Shown one piece after another: positions 52,101 through 60,911 of a stretch of 62,273 bases of DNA (position 1 is its first letter; each line of letters starts with the position of its first letter). The stretch is from Octopus bimaculoides (Eukaryota): positions 187,027,109-187,089,381 of the forward strand of contig NC_068981.1 in assembly GCF_001194135.2 (NCBI RefSeq). The letters are read 5' to 3'. Under the pieces are notes generated by a model. It made no database searches. It was not told the DNA's origin and saw only the letters and a program-made list of their open reading frames with translations. The position numbers and the translations under genes were made by a program.

Positions 52101-54247
52101 ATACCCGAGGCAGAATTGGTCTGGAAAAACAGTGCTAATTACATGAAATAAGAATGTCAGGATTCAAAGAAAAAGGATGTTACTACTGCAACAAATGTAA
52201 TCTTAATAGTCTTTCTCTCTTTTTCTCTCTCCTCATACACACAGTATTATAATTATCAGAAATAAAAGTTGCCACATTCGAAGTAACATCATATATACAC
52301 ATATACAATGTTAACAGTTTATCTTCATTTGTTTATGATTTTATTAATAAATTATAATAAACAATTCACACAAACACACATATCATTAACAGTAACATAC
52401 ATGCTATACAAACACATACATATATATGTACATACACACACATACATATATATGTACATACACACACATACATATACATACACATTTTACATGAAGTCAG
52501 TTTTTGATTGGAGACATAAGTAACCTTACACAAAATGCATAAATCAAACTGCTTAATTGAAAGAATGCATACATACACACCATTAAATAAAGAGAAAAGT
52601 TAAACATGCAATCAATTCAAGAACTAATTAATTGACTGTTTCCATGGTGATTTAATGGCAACTGTGCAAAGAGAGGTGAGATTTACAGTGAAAAAAAATA
52701 ATCAGACAAATTAGAGAACTGAAAAAGCATTTCTTGCAACACATGGTGAGAACAAACATTAAAAGAAAACAAAATGCAAATTTATGATGGATTATTAGAC
52801 AGAAATGAAGTTAGAGAAATATTAAAATGAAGATTATATTTTCTTATTTCATTATATTTTATTGATCTTTTTATTAGTTTTCTTCTGTGTTGGTCATTAA
52901 ACAAAAATAGAAATGAAATTAATCCAACTTCAACAGCATTAGCACACATCAGCTAACGACATTGTCATCTGCTCAATGGTATGCAAAAATATTTTTTTCA
53001 ATTCCACCATCATCGTTTTAATGTCTGTTATCTGTACTTGCATGGCTTAGAGAAGACTTGCTGAGGCAGATTTTTCTAGAGGTTGATGCCCTTCCTGCTA
53101 TTAACTCTCATTTGTTTCCAAGTAAGATAACATTTTCCCCAAGTCTGGGCAGGGAAAATTGGAAGCAAATGACACTGCTTTCAGGACAGTAAAGTTTGTT
53201 TACAATTACCATGTGATATCAAAACAAGGAAAACACACACACACACACTAAACAAGTGATGGGCATCTTTTCAGTTTCTGTTAACCACATTGACTCAGAA
53301 GGCCTCAGTCCACCTTGTAGCTATAGTACAGGGGTCACCAAATCTTTTTCATGGTGGACCAGATAATTGAGAGAATGACAAGTGAAGGCCGCATAACCAT
53401 TTTGTTCAATTACAGTACAGAGAATACACAAAAAATAAAGACAACCAGCTTATTTATTTACCAAAAAGTTATCAAAGGTGACATTAGCAATAAGATGGTT
53501 ATATCACACTCAGTATGCACACATATCCAAATCTCACAAACTAAGCAGCAAAAAAGGTCAGTGAGATTTGTGAAACTGGTGTTTTGCTTTTAAGATATCA
53601 TCAATATTTGCTTTGGAATTGCTGCATCCAACCAAGAGAATTGCTTTCAAATGTTCATCAGCCAACCTCGTTCGATGAGCTGACTTCACATTCTTCATTA
53701 TTGAAAACGTTTGCTCAGAGACATAAGTTGTTCCAAACACTGATGCCATACCAGAGGCAAATGAACTCTAATTGCAGGTAATTACACAAAAGGTACAGTG
53801 CGACAGTAGGCCGAATGAACTGACCTTGTGGACCATAGTTTAGTGACCCCTGCTATAGTAGAATACATCTGCTCACTTGCTACTGCATAGCACTGGGATT
53901 GAAACTGAAACCACAAGGTTGCAAAGCAAACTTCTTAACAACACAACCTTACCTATGAAACCTAATACTGTAGAAGAGTTGAAATCACTGTAAACAGTTC
54001 CATCATTCATACAGACCAGACCATCAAGTTGGCTGTCACAACAATACTTCAGCAATGTCTTAAAGAATTTTACACACGAGAAGGAAGGGGAGCCAAAAAA
54101 AAAAAAAACGCCAGGCTTCTCTCACCATTTATGTATCTTACCTTCAACTCTTTTTTTCACTTCTCGTTGCATTTCAAAAAGCTTCTTCTGTTGTTCAAGG
54201 TACTGCTTGATAAATTCGCTTTGCCCTGCAACTTCATCGTTCTGCAG
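1861..54247 (-). CDS. ACIN1: Acinus / apoptotic chromatin condensation inducer in the nucleus, multi-exon gene, 5'-partial in this window (15 exons, 2499 nt, 833 codons)
   Basis: Fifteen GT-AG exons join with consistent phases and no stop. Recognisable Acinus motifs: [12 protein letters not shown]-rich block, PRKRKWG...ISTDSLK|[11 protein letters not shown] ([23 protein letters not shown]...[10 protein letters not shown]...WPSSNPKIL), [11 protein letters not shown] motif ([21 protein letters not shown]). No SAP-domain exon found in 54250-62273. Confidence 0.97.
2427..2700. mobile_element. Back-to-back fragments of the abundant (CAT/ATG)n-tailed retroposon family forming a foldback
   Basis: Left arm catcatcatttaatgtctgttttcccagctggcatgg...; the right arm is its reverse complement, ending in gatgatgatga. 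Confidence 0.8.
2835..3190 (+). mobile_element. tRNA-derived SINE with internal (TG)n
   Basis: Head gggtgtggctaaaatgcttg...ggttcaattc, (TG)n, tail gcatggccgcagtccaataactgaaac. Fragments of the family at ~4175-4325 and ~22735-22850 (+), and ~18215-18335, ~40490-40635, ~47460-47620, ~55340-55520, ~55625-55795, ~59540-59930, ~60215-60370 (-). Confidence 0.78.
3211..3317 (-). CDS. ACIN1: ACIN1 exon with the RNPS1-SAP18-binding (RSB) motif (phase 1 to 0)
   Basis: Acceptor ttgttttgcag|AA, donor CAG|gtaaga; [31 protein letters not shown]. Confidence 0.96.
3540..4125 (+). mobile_element. (ATG)n-tailed retroposon copy with an internal ~26-bp minisatellite (3620-3960)
   Basis: About 12 copies of aaagagcactggtgatggggccacgt, then the family 3' end (gggcattcagttgtagaaa...gatgatga). 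Confidence 0.82.
4735..5087. mobile_element. Degenerate hAT-like MITE
   Basis: Right end atggttgagaacccctg and internal gggatccat/gggagtccat motifs shared with copies at 28753, 45867, 56102 and 56725; left end eroded. Confidence 0.6.
5163..5383 (+). mobile_element. piggyBac-type MITE, family A (221 bp)
   Basis: TTAA-ccctttcattac ... gtaacgaaaggg-TTAA; homologous to 8392-8612 (inverted) and 42496-42717 (direct). Confidence 0.88.
5397..5655 (-). CDS. ACIN1: ACIN1 exon [10 protein letters not shown]...[15 protein letters not shown]...EKREKK (phase 0 to 1)
   Basis: Acceptor gcatttcag|GTGAGT, donor AAG|gtaact; track ORF 5389..5718. Confidence 0.93.
5853..6578 (-). mobile_element. piggyBac-type MITE, family B, split by a nested (ATG)n-tailed retroposon (~5955-6512) containing ~6 copies of a ~66-bp unit
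   Basis: cctttagcatttaaa... at 5856 resumes after the insert with ...aaatctgaatgctaaag at ~6560-6578, matching the reverse complement of 8802-9017. Confidence 0.7.
6743..6850 (-). CDS. ACIN1: ACIN1 exon [36 protein letters not shown] (RRM C-terminal part, phase 0 to 0)
   Basis: Acceptor ctttatttag|TAT, donor GAG|gtaaac; conserved ALHGxKWPxSNPK motif. Confidence 0.96.
7790..8094 (-). CDS. ACIN1: ACIN1 exon with N-terminal part of the RRM (phase 1 to 0)
   Basis: Acceptor tgttttcag|AA, donor AAG|gtaggt; track ORF 7724..8104. Confidence 0.96.
8392..8612 (-). mobile_element. piggyBac-type MITE, family A, inverted relative to 5163-5383
   Basis: About 18 differences in 221 nt from the 5163 copy by manual comparison. 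Confidence 0.88.
8802..9017 (+). mobile_element. piggyBac-type MITE, family B
   Basis: TTAA-cccttcaacattcagatta ... aaatgctaagggg-TTAA; another copy at ~43915-44131. Confidence 0.82.
9537..9675 (-). CDS. ACIN1: ACIN1 exon [17 protein letters not shown]...AAPIER (phase 0 to 1)
   Basis: Acceptor tttgttgttgattag|ATG, donor GAG|gtaata; open and in phase. Confidence 0.86.
9765..10440 (+). mobile_element. Two (ATG)n-tailed retroposon fragments (~9765-9975 and ~10190-10440)
   Basis: Family signature ggcattaagaagggcatccagctgtagaaaccatgcc...gacattaaatgatga; another at ~7520-7710. Confidence 0.75.
10497..10622 (-). CDS. ACIN1: ACIN1 exon [42 protein letters not shown] (phase 0 to 0)
   Basis: Acceptor attttag|GGT, donor CAG|gtatgt; LIPDIKP motif. 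Confidence 0.93.
10714..10862 (-). CDS. ACIN1: ACIN1 exon ...[32 protein letters not shown] (phase 1 to 0)
   Basis: Acceptor gcgttgtag|TT, donor AAG|gtaact; conserved RKRxWG...ISTxSLK Acinus motif. Confidence 0.94.
11101..11164 (-). CDS. ACIN1: ACIN1 exon [21 protein letters not shown] (phase 0 to 1)
   Basis: NAGNAG acceptor gtctttcag|CAG, donor CTC|gtgagt. Confidence 0.82.
11533..11768 (-). mobile_element. Deleted Tc1/mariner element (236 bp)
   Basis: 28-bp TIRs cagggtgttcaaaaagtctctcc(a/g)cagt, right TA; internal [14 protein letters not shown] transposase motif (track ORF 11541..11726). Confidence 0.9.
17142..17202 (-). CDS. ACIN1: ACIN1 exon [20 protein letters not shown] (phase 2 to 0)
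   Basis: Acceptor tgtgttttag|T, donor GAG|gtaaag; 61 nt restores phase 0. Confidence 0.82.
17708..17820 (-). CDS. ACIN1: ACIN1 exon [37 protein letters not shown] (phase 0 to 2)
   Basis: Acceptor ccatttcag|GAT, donor ATAG|gttagt; open and in phase. Confidence 0.82.
18820..19130 (+). mobile_element. Probable 5'-UTR fragment of a non-LTR retrotransposon
   Basis: GC-richer block unlike the surrounding intron; resembles LINE 5' UTRs from memory only, no ORF attached. Confidence 0.35.
19608..19914 (-). CDS. ACIN1: ACIN1 RS-rich exon (307 nt, phase 2 to 0)
   Basis: Acceptor tttttctttgcag|G, donor CAG|gtattt. Matches track ORF 19548..19910 (SRSRSRS...[15 protein letters not shown]). Confidence 0.92.
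25900..26245. repeat. Compound (CA)n/(TA)n/(GA)n microsatellite around an N gap
   Basis: Recurrent cacattcta units between CA and TA runs; gap at 26088-26160. Similar TA/CA runs flank the gaps at ~30460, ~48719 and ~61078. Confidence 0.95.
28753..29032. mobile_element. hAT-like MITE with internal (TA)n(CA)n
   Basis: cagcggttctcaacc ... ggttgagtaccactg TIRs; left half homologous to 45867; TSD not recognisable. Confidence 0.7.
34660..35400. mobile_element. Cluster of (CAT)n-tailed retroposon fragments (~34660-34750 +, ~34745-34980 -, ~35210-35400 -)
   Basis: catcatttaacgtccgttgtccatgctggcatgggttggatgg...ctacagctggatgcccttcctaatgcc signature. Confidence 0.75.
39169..39298 (-). CDS. ACIN1: ACIN1 exon [43 protein letters not shown] (phase 1 to 2)
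   Basis: Acceptor tttatttcttag|AC, donor GTTC|gtaagt. Starts the RS/S-rich region. Confidence 0.9.
40722..41830 (+). mobile_element. Decayed RTE-clade LINE, reverse transcriptase region (antisense to ACIN1)
   Basis: Broken frames read [77 protein letters not shown]; many stops and frameshifts. Confidence 0.88.
42496..42717 (+). mobile_element. piggyBac-type MITE, family A
   Basis: TTAA-cccttttgttac ... gtatagaaaggg-TTAA. Confidence 0.87.
42780..45720. repeat. Old tandem duplication (~42780-43905 versus ~44230-45720)
   Basis: Colinear shared blocks: ttgaatcatacaa, actgaatttt, cagaagtt..tgcaatcat, gggaagtaac...tgacaattt, ttcctcaga, and a ~150-bp block taagaaact...ttcaatgttc. Confidence 0.7.
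45867..46119. mobile_element. hAT-like MITE
   Basis: cagtggttctcaac ... gttgagaaacactg TIRs; 8-bp flanks agcttaac/ggttaaac partly match. Confidence 0.78.
47739..48140 (-). CDS. ACIN1: ACIN1 exon, acidic/low complexity with poly-Asn tract (402 nt, phase 1 to 1)
   Basis: Acceptor cttgctttgcag|AG, donor ATAG|gtaagt. Open frame [13 protein letters not shown]...KKEVDDKNI, in phase with both neighbours. Confidence 0.88.
48250..50250 (-). promoter_or_regulatory. CpG-retaining intronic region, candidate internal ACIN1 promoter
   Basis: CpGs are visibly more frequent than in flanking intron, no recognisable TE, and a strong orphan donor CGGAT|gtaagt lies at 50091/50090. Confidence 0.4.
50835..51088. 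mobile_element. hAT-like MITE with four tandem ~32-bp subterminal repeats (50860-50990)
   Basis: Degenerate TIRs cagtgccaccttaag / tgtgaagatgacccta; flanks gagagaaa/gagagaga; unit actgggcaattactagggggccctcatgggta. Confidence 0.62.
53329..53852 (-). mobile_element. Deleted hAT (Charlie/SPIN-like) transposon, 524 bp, nested in a SINE
   Basis: TIRs caggggtcac(c/t)aaa; perfect 8-bp TSD CTATAGTA; C-terminal dimerisation-domain remnant [30 protein letters not shown] (ORF 53558..53749). Confidence 0.92.
54142..54247 (-). CDS. ACIN1: ACIN1 exon [35 protein letters not shown] (phase 0 to 1)
   Basis: Acceptor tgtttttag|CTGCAG (a second in-frame CAG lies 6 nt inside), donor GAAG|gtaaga. Resembles the human SQNSFIKQYLEKQQELL segment just after the SAP domain. 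Confidence 0.93.
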
Positions 54248-54734
54248 CTAAAAACAACCAGGAAGAAGTTTTAAAAAATCAGCCTTGCAGACTAATTAGA
54301 CATCTGAAGAAGGGGGGATGGATATACAACAGTTAGGTACTTTCTTTTCTACTTTAATTAATAAACATATCCAACAATTAGAACTTATAATGTACACAAT
54401 ACAAAATATACAATCATAATTATTCTTTAATTATCAATCAGAAGAAATACAGCTGTTAAATATATTGAACAATATACAGAATTATCAATGACAAAATTAA
54501 AATGTTGTTGAAATAAAAATTACTAATTTTAATAGTTTTTATAGTACAATAAAGATTAACATCAATGCAGAAGGATTGAGAAAATAAATTATTTTACGAT
54601 GCCAGGTATGTCCATCAAAACTTTTAAATATGAAGGCATTACATTTGATATTAAAACATAATCCTTAGAAAAATGTCAAGCAACAAAATTCAAAATTCTT
54701 ATATATTTATTATATTTATATATGTGTATGTATG

Positions 54735-54784
<50 letters not shown>

Positions 54785-55049
54785 ATACACTAAATGAGTA
54801 AAAGGAAAAAAGAGAATAATGGAATCAAAGAGAAAAATTGTTTTTACAAAATATACATGAATTGTGTGTGTGTGTGGGTGTAAGTATGTATATGTATTAT
54901 ATATCTCCGCATTAATGAGTTTAAGCATTATAAATGAACAGTCAATGTTTTAATACAAATGACATTAGACATCATAAGCAGAAAAAAGAGCACCAGGCAT
55001 AGTGAGAATTTCCACACGAGGTATTACTTGTCGAGTAATCATAGCTCTG

Positions 55050-55345
55050 GGTGAAAGCACATGGCTTAGTCATTAGGGTACTCACCTCATGATCATAAGG
55101 CCAGGTAGTTCAATTCCTGGTGGAGAGTTGTGTCCTTGACCAAGACACTTTATTTCACATCTGCCTAGTTCACTAAGCTGACAAAACTGAGTAGTAACCG
55201 TATTTCAAAGGACTGGCCTTGTCACATTTTGTGTCACGCTGACTCCCCCAGAGAACTTATATTAAGAGTATGCATGTTTGTGGAGTACTCAGCCACTTGT
55301 ATGTTAACTTCACGAGGAGGCTGTTCTGTTGATTGGATCAACTAT
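55050..55345 (+). mobile_element. tRNA-head SINE with a CORE-like central segment
   Basis: A/B-box-like tggcttagtcattagg...gttcaattcc, then ttgtgtccttgaccaagacactttatttcac; related pieces at ~33190-33330 and ~4340-4480 (+) and ~18360-18445 (-). Confidence 0.72.
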
Positions 55346-56101
55346 TCTTTTATTCTTTTACTGGTTTCAGTCATTTGACTGCAGCCATGCTGGACCACCG
55401 CCTTAAAGGGTATTAGTCGAAGAAATCGACCCCAGATCTTATTTTTCATAAGCCTAGTACTTATTCTATCATTCTCTTTTGCTGAACCGCTACATTATGG
55501 GGAACAAACACAAATACACAAACACAAAAATATATATTTATATATGCCTGGCTGGCTCCTGTGCAGGTGGCATGCAAAAACCACCATTTGAGCGTGGTTG
55601 ATACCAGTGCCACCTGATTGGAATGCATGCACAACAGGCTTCTTTCAGTTTCCATCTACCAAATCCACTCACACAGCTTTGGTCAGCCTGAAGCTACAGT
55701 AGAAGACACTTGCCCAGGGTTCCACACAGTGGGACTGAACCTGGAACCATGTGGTTGGGAAGCAAACTTCTTACCACACAGCCAAGCCCACACCTAAAAA
55801 CAAAAAAAATATCATTTACTCCAATCACTGTTTTTCTCATTAGCATCACCTAATAAGATTCAGCCATTTCCCTCTCTAATTAGCAGTTCTTGTATTTCAT
55901 ATACTTAATTAAACAAAACCTTATTCCCTAAGGCTACATTCCTGACATGAAAATTACAAATATGCAAAAAAGACTTTCTCTTCATCCAGTTTATAGAGAG
56001 AATAAATACGTATGCTTCCTCCAAACTTTCTTCATGCTTAACAGCTACAGAAGTAGCGCTTAGGTTGCCTAGGGAACAAAATTAATCACATTAGTCTATA
56101 T

Positions 56102-56681
56102 CAGTGGTTCCCAAACTGTGGTCTGCAAAGGTAGTACTGGGAGTCCATGAACTAAATTCAAAATTTCATATATATATATATCATCATCATCATCGTATAA
56201 TGTCCGCTTTCCATGCTAGCATGGGTTGGACGATTTGACTGAGGACTGGTGAACCAGATGGCTGCACCAGGCTCCAATCTGATCTGGCAGAGTTTCTACA
56301 GCTGGATGCCCTTCCTAATGCCAACCACTCCGAGAGTTTCGGGCCAGTCAGGCGGTACTGACAACGGCCATGGTCAAATGGTGTTTTTTACGTGTCACCT
56401 GCACAGGAGCCAGTCCAGCAGCACTGGCAACGACCTCACTCGAATGTTTTTTCACGTGCCACCAGCACAAGTGCCAGTAAGGCAACACTGGTAACGATCA
56501 CGCTCAGATGGTGCTTTTTACATGCCACCTGCATGGAAGCCAGACAACTGCTCTGGCAATGATCACGCTCGGACGGTGCTGTTAGCGTTCCACTGGCATG
56601 GGTACCAGTCATTGAATTTGGTTCAATTTCGATAGGTGTTCATAAGAATACTCATTTAACTAAAAGGGTCGGGAACTACTG
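56102..56681. mobile_element. hAT-like MITE with a nested young (CAT)n-tailed retroposon (~56178-56620, -)
   Basis: cagtggttcccaaac ... gtcgggaactactg TIRs; TSD gtctatat/gtgtatat (7 of 8). Confidence 0.8.
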
Positions 56682-56724
56682 GTGTATATCTTTTCGACAA
56701 ACACTTACACCATTGTTTCGAATG

Positions 56725-57998
56725 CAGTGCTTCTCAACTGAGGTCCATGTGACTCCTGAGGATCCATGTAAGATTCTTAGGGATCCACATAAACAAAGTA
56801 GTAAATTGGATCCATAGTATTATTTTGAATGCTAGAAGAGATGTGTCCCACCCACTCCACCCTAAGAAACCGAACAACTCCTCCTCTTCTAAACTGCATT
56901 TTCCTCTTCATAAACCATGATTGTTTTCCAATCCCCTTTCTTGCCCTCACTGCCCTGCTCAATGTATCGCTGCTTCCTTCCAACCCCCATCACTCACACC
57001 TTATTTTTCTACCCAGGTTCTATGCTCAGATCCTTGTTACTTGTGAGTATACCCTAACACAACATCATCTCTCTCTTCTGCTCTCTCTTACATCTTTGTT
57101 GTTTCTTACTTTCTCTCCTTCTTTCCTCTTGTTTTTCCTCTGACTAAGTCACCAAGTGTCTCCTTAACATTAGCACACTTCTTTCTGGCTGCTTTCTTGT
57201 ACCTCTCTCACTAAGTAACCATGTACCTCCTCTATAGCAAGACACCTATTTCTGCCTCCCTATTTCCCTCTTACATTCTAACCTTTCATCATCTTGATAC
57301 TGGCTCATCTCCTCTAATGCACCCTCTGTTGTGGCAAAACACCTACTTCTGTCTCTCTGTCTCTTTGATACACTCTAGCATCTCATCCTCTGACACAAGT
57401 TTCCCTCCTCAAATGCCCTGCCCCTCTCATAATTCCTTGTCTTGCAAGTTACTTGGTTACCCTGCCAGTGCTGGTGCCATGTTAAAAGCATCCAGTCCAC
57501 ACTGTAACATGGTTGGCATTTGGAAGGGTATCCAGCTGTAAAAATCATGCCAGAACTAACCTCACCTGTGCTGGTGCCACATAGAAAGTATCGAGTCCAC
57601 TCTGCTGGGTGGTTGGTGTTAGAGGAAGGGCATCCAACTGTAAAATCCCTGCCAAAACAAACACAGTAGTCTAGGGTAGTTTTTCAATGTGGCCAGCTCG
57701 TGTCAACCATCCTACCCACGCATGCATAGAAGATGGACATTAGATGACGATGATGATGATGATGATGAAAAAGCTTTGCTATAGATGTATTATTTATTGC
57801 AAGAAACAGTTAGGTTTCTCAAACAATTTTACATATTTCAACCTACACAAGTGGATGTGTGATGAACAAAATAGGTATTTTGAAAGAAGTATCTATAAAA
57901 CTAGCTTTTATACATCAAATGGCTATTGGCCCCACCAGAATAAAATAATCATCAAAGGGGTCCATAGATAAAAGAAAAAAAATGGTTCAGAATCACTG
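56725..57998. mobile_element. hAT-like MITE expanded by nested insertions, including an (ATG)n-tailed retroposon (~57450-57770, +)
   Basis: cagtgcttctcaac ... ggttcagaatcactg ends, with family motifs ggatccat/ggggtccatagataaa near both ends. Confidence 0.62.
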
Positions 57999-59629
57999 TT
58001 TTAAAGCATTTAGCAAACTTGAATATCTTTCCATTGACAGTTTGCATTCAGTTCTAAAGTACCTTCTGAGATCTGTAAAATTATACGGCTTACATAAAGA
58101 CCATACTTGCCAATCAAACTATGACAAATTCTTGCATTCTTTGCTACTTCCAAACAAATATTTAGGAAAATCTACACTCTGAAATGAAACTAACACTATT
58201 TTAAATAGTAAAAAAAGTTGAATACAATTTGAGAGGACAGACACGCTAACGCTAATGTCATATAGTTCTGTTACTTACCATTGTCAGTGCAGTTTAATTC
58301 AACTGAACAGAATTATTTTATTTTATGTTGGGTGGGGGGGGGGACAATAGCAGAGAAATAGAAGGGATTAAGATGTGGTCTTAGCTGTTAATTAGTTAAA
58401 ATACAGTTAAATAACCTTTAGATTAAAGGTTGAAATCCTGATACAAGTATTTCTTTATAAACTTAGTTGGAAAACAATGTACACCATAATCCATGTTTTT
58501 GTTTATTTGTTGGTTGTGTTTTGCTCAAACAGAAGAGATATACACTCTGAGACATGGACAGAGAGAAAGTTTCCATGGATTAAAGATTGGTCTTAGCGTA
58601 AAGTAATAGCATATAAAAAAAAAATAAAACTCTCTATTGTGATTGTTGTTCAAGTGAAGGAAATCGTTTAATGTTTACTTTAGAATTTGAAAAAGAGCAT
58701 AATCTTTCGTTTTATGAAGCAGAAAATGAAAGTACTAAACTCAGCTGAGATCAGCGTTTGGCAACACTCACTCACAATTCAGCAATAAAATGAAATGTGA
58801 AAAATCTTTTTCTTTCAAACTGACTGCAGGCATCATTCTCATAAACAAAATGCATTAGAGAATGTAATTTAGTTTTACTTTAAGATAAAAACAACATCAT
58901 ATACAAGCATTAGATATTAGTATCCAGTATGTTCATTTTTCCTTCTGGTTTCATTTACAAAATAAATCTTACAGACTTTACATACACACATTAATCAGAT
59001 CTTCCAGATTCTCTTTATTGCTCTAACACACACCTTCGTTTATGTGTGTTTTCTAAAACAGGCTTTCAATATCAGCAAAAATAATACTTTCACTTTCATT
59101 TTTACTATTGAGATTGCAGCAAATGACAATCTTTGCAGAGTTCAGTAGTTTCTCTTTCTAGTTCATAAAACGAAAGATCTCTGAAAAGAGAGATAGAGCA
59201 TGGACGGCAAATAGCAAGATGTATGGATCGGGTTAGTTTTGATGAGGGAAAGCAAATTCCAATGCAAAACAAACAAACAAAAAAATCTAAATTGGAAAGG
59301 ATATATGCGAGACATCAACTACAAAACAAAAATGTATCCATAAGAACAGTAGAAGGAAAATATAAAGAAAATGTTTGAATATGTTTAAAGCTAAGGCTTA
59401 AAAATATCGAGAATTTACTGCTAGAGTAGCAGAAATAAATTATAGGATCTAAGGAAGGTGATGATGATAATGATGAGATGAAAGAGAAGAAATAGCAGCA
59501 GCACAAGAGTGTAAATGCTTATGTGGTTAACTTCTACCTTTTCTTCGTTTCAGTCATTAGACTGCGGCCATACTGGAGCATCGCCTTGAAGACTGTTTAG
59601 TCAAACAAATCAACCCCAGCACTTCCTCA

Positions 59630-60875
59630 TCATCATCGTCGTCATCATTATTAACATCTGCCTTCCATGTTGGCATGGGTTGGACAGTTTGACAGGAGCT
59701 GGCCAGACAGAAGCCTGCACCAGACTTCCGGTGTCTGTTTTGGCAGGATTTTTATGCTTGGTTGCCCTTCCTAACACCAACCGCCCAGCAAAGTGGGTTT
59801 GTTTTTTTTTTTGTTTTTTTGTTTTTAAACCTGGTACTTATTCTATCAGTCTCTTTTGCCAAACTGCCAAGTTACAGGGACACAAATACAGTAACAGCAG
59901 AGGTAGGGGACAAACGCAGACACAAAGACACACACATATACACACATCTCAAAACCCTGTAAAATCTATATGACAGCAACCAAACTCTCATATATACATA
60001 TCTAATAATCCTCGTTTTAATATCACTTTTTACATGTTCACATGGGTTAGATGAAGTTTTACAGAAGTAAATTTTCTATGGCCAGATGCCAGCCTTCACC
60101 TGTCTCCAAAGCAAGGTAATATTTACCCATGGCCAGGTAGGTTTTTGCAGAATACTGGAAATGAATGGTATTCATTTACAACAATTGTGCAATGTCAAGA
60201 TAAGGAGACACAGACATACACACGAAAGCTTCTTTTAGTTTCCATCTACCAAATCAATTCACAAGACTTTGATCAACCCAGGGCTATTGTAGAAGACACT
60301 AGTTCAAAGTGCCACACAGTGAGAAGAATTCAAGACCAAATAGCTGCGACACAAACTTCTTAACCTCCATCTAAATATGCATGTGTGTGTGTATGCCCAT
60401 AAAGGCGAAGTGGTTGAGTTCCATTTGAGTGTTGCGCCTCGCAGACACAAGGTGGCTGAGCTCCATTCGAGTGTTGGGCCTCACGGAGGCAATGACCAAG
60501 ACCTTTGGCATAATGTCGTGCTTGACAAGATGACCCATCAAGCCAAGGAAATTCGCAGTCATGGCGGATACCAGTGTCACATAAACTGGCACCCATGCCA
60601 GTGGCAGATAAATGTATGCTGGTGTCATGCAAATGGCACCTATGCCAGTGGCACATAAAAGCATCCATTACACTCTTGGATAGGCTGGTGTTAGGAAGGG
60701 CATCCAGCCATANNNNNNNNNNTACACTCTTGGATAGGCTGGTGTTAGGAAGGGCATCCAGCCATAGAAAACCATACCAAATCAGACTGGAGTCTGGTGC
60801 AGCCTTCCAGCGTACCACCCTAGTCAAACCATCCAACCCATGGACAACAGACATTAAATGATGATGATGATGATG

Positions 60876-60911
<36 letters not shown>

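Noticed and set aside
12975-53665. Other CTGATGA hits as hammerheads (12985, 30381, 36566, 41654, 43053, 45352, 53654)
   Set aside because: None has a G-C-closed stem II followed by GAAA and a matching stem I/III.
60670-60765. 44-bp direct repeat on both sides of a 10-N gap
   Set aside because: An identical sequence flanking a gap is most likely a contig-overlap assembly artefact.
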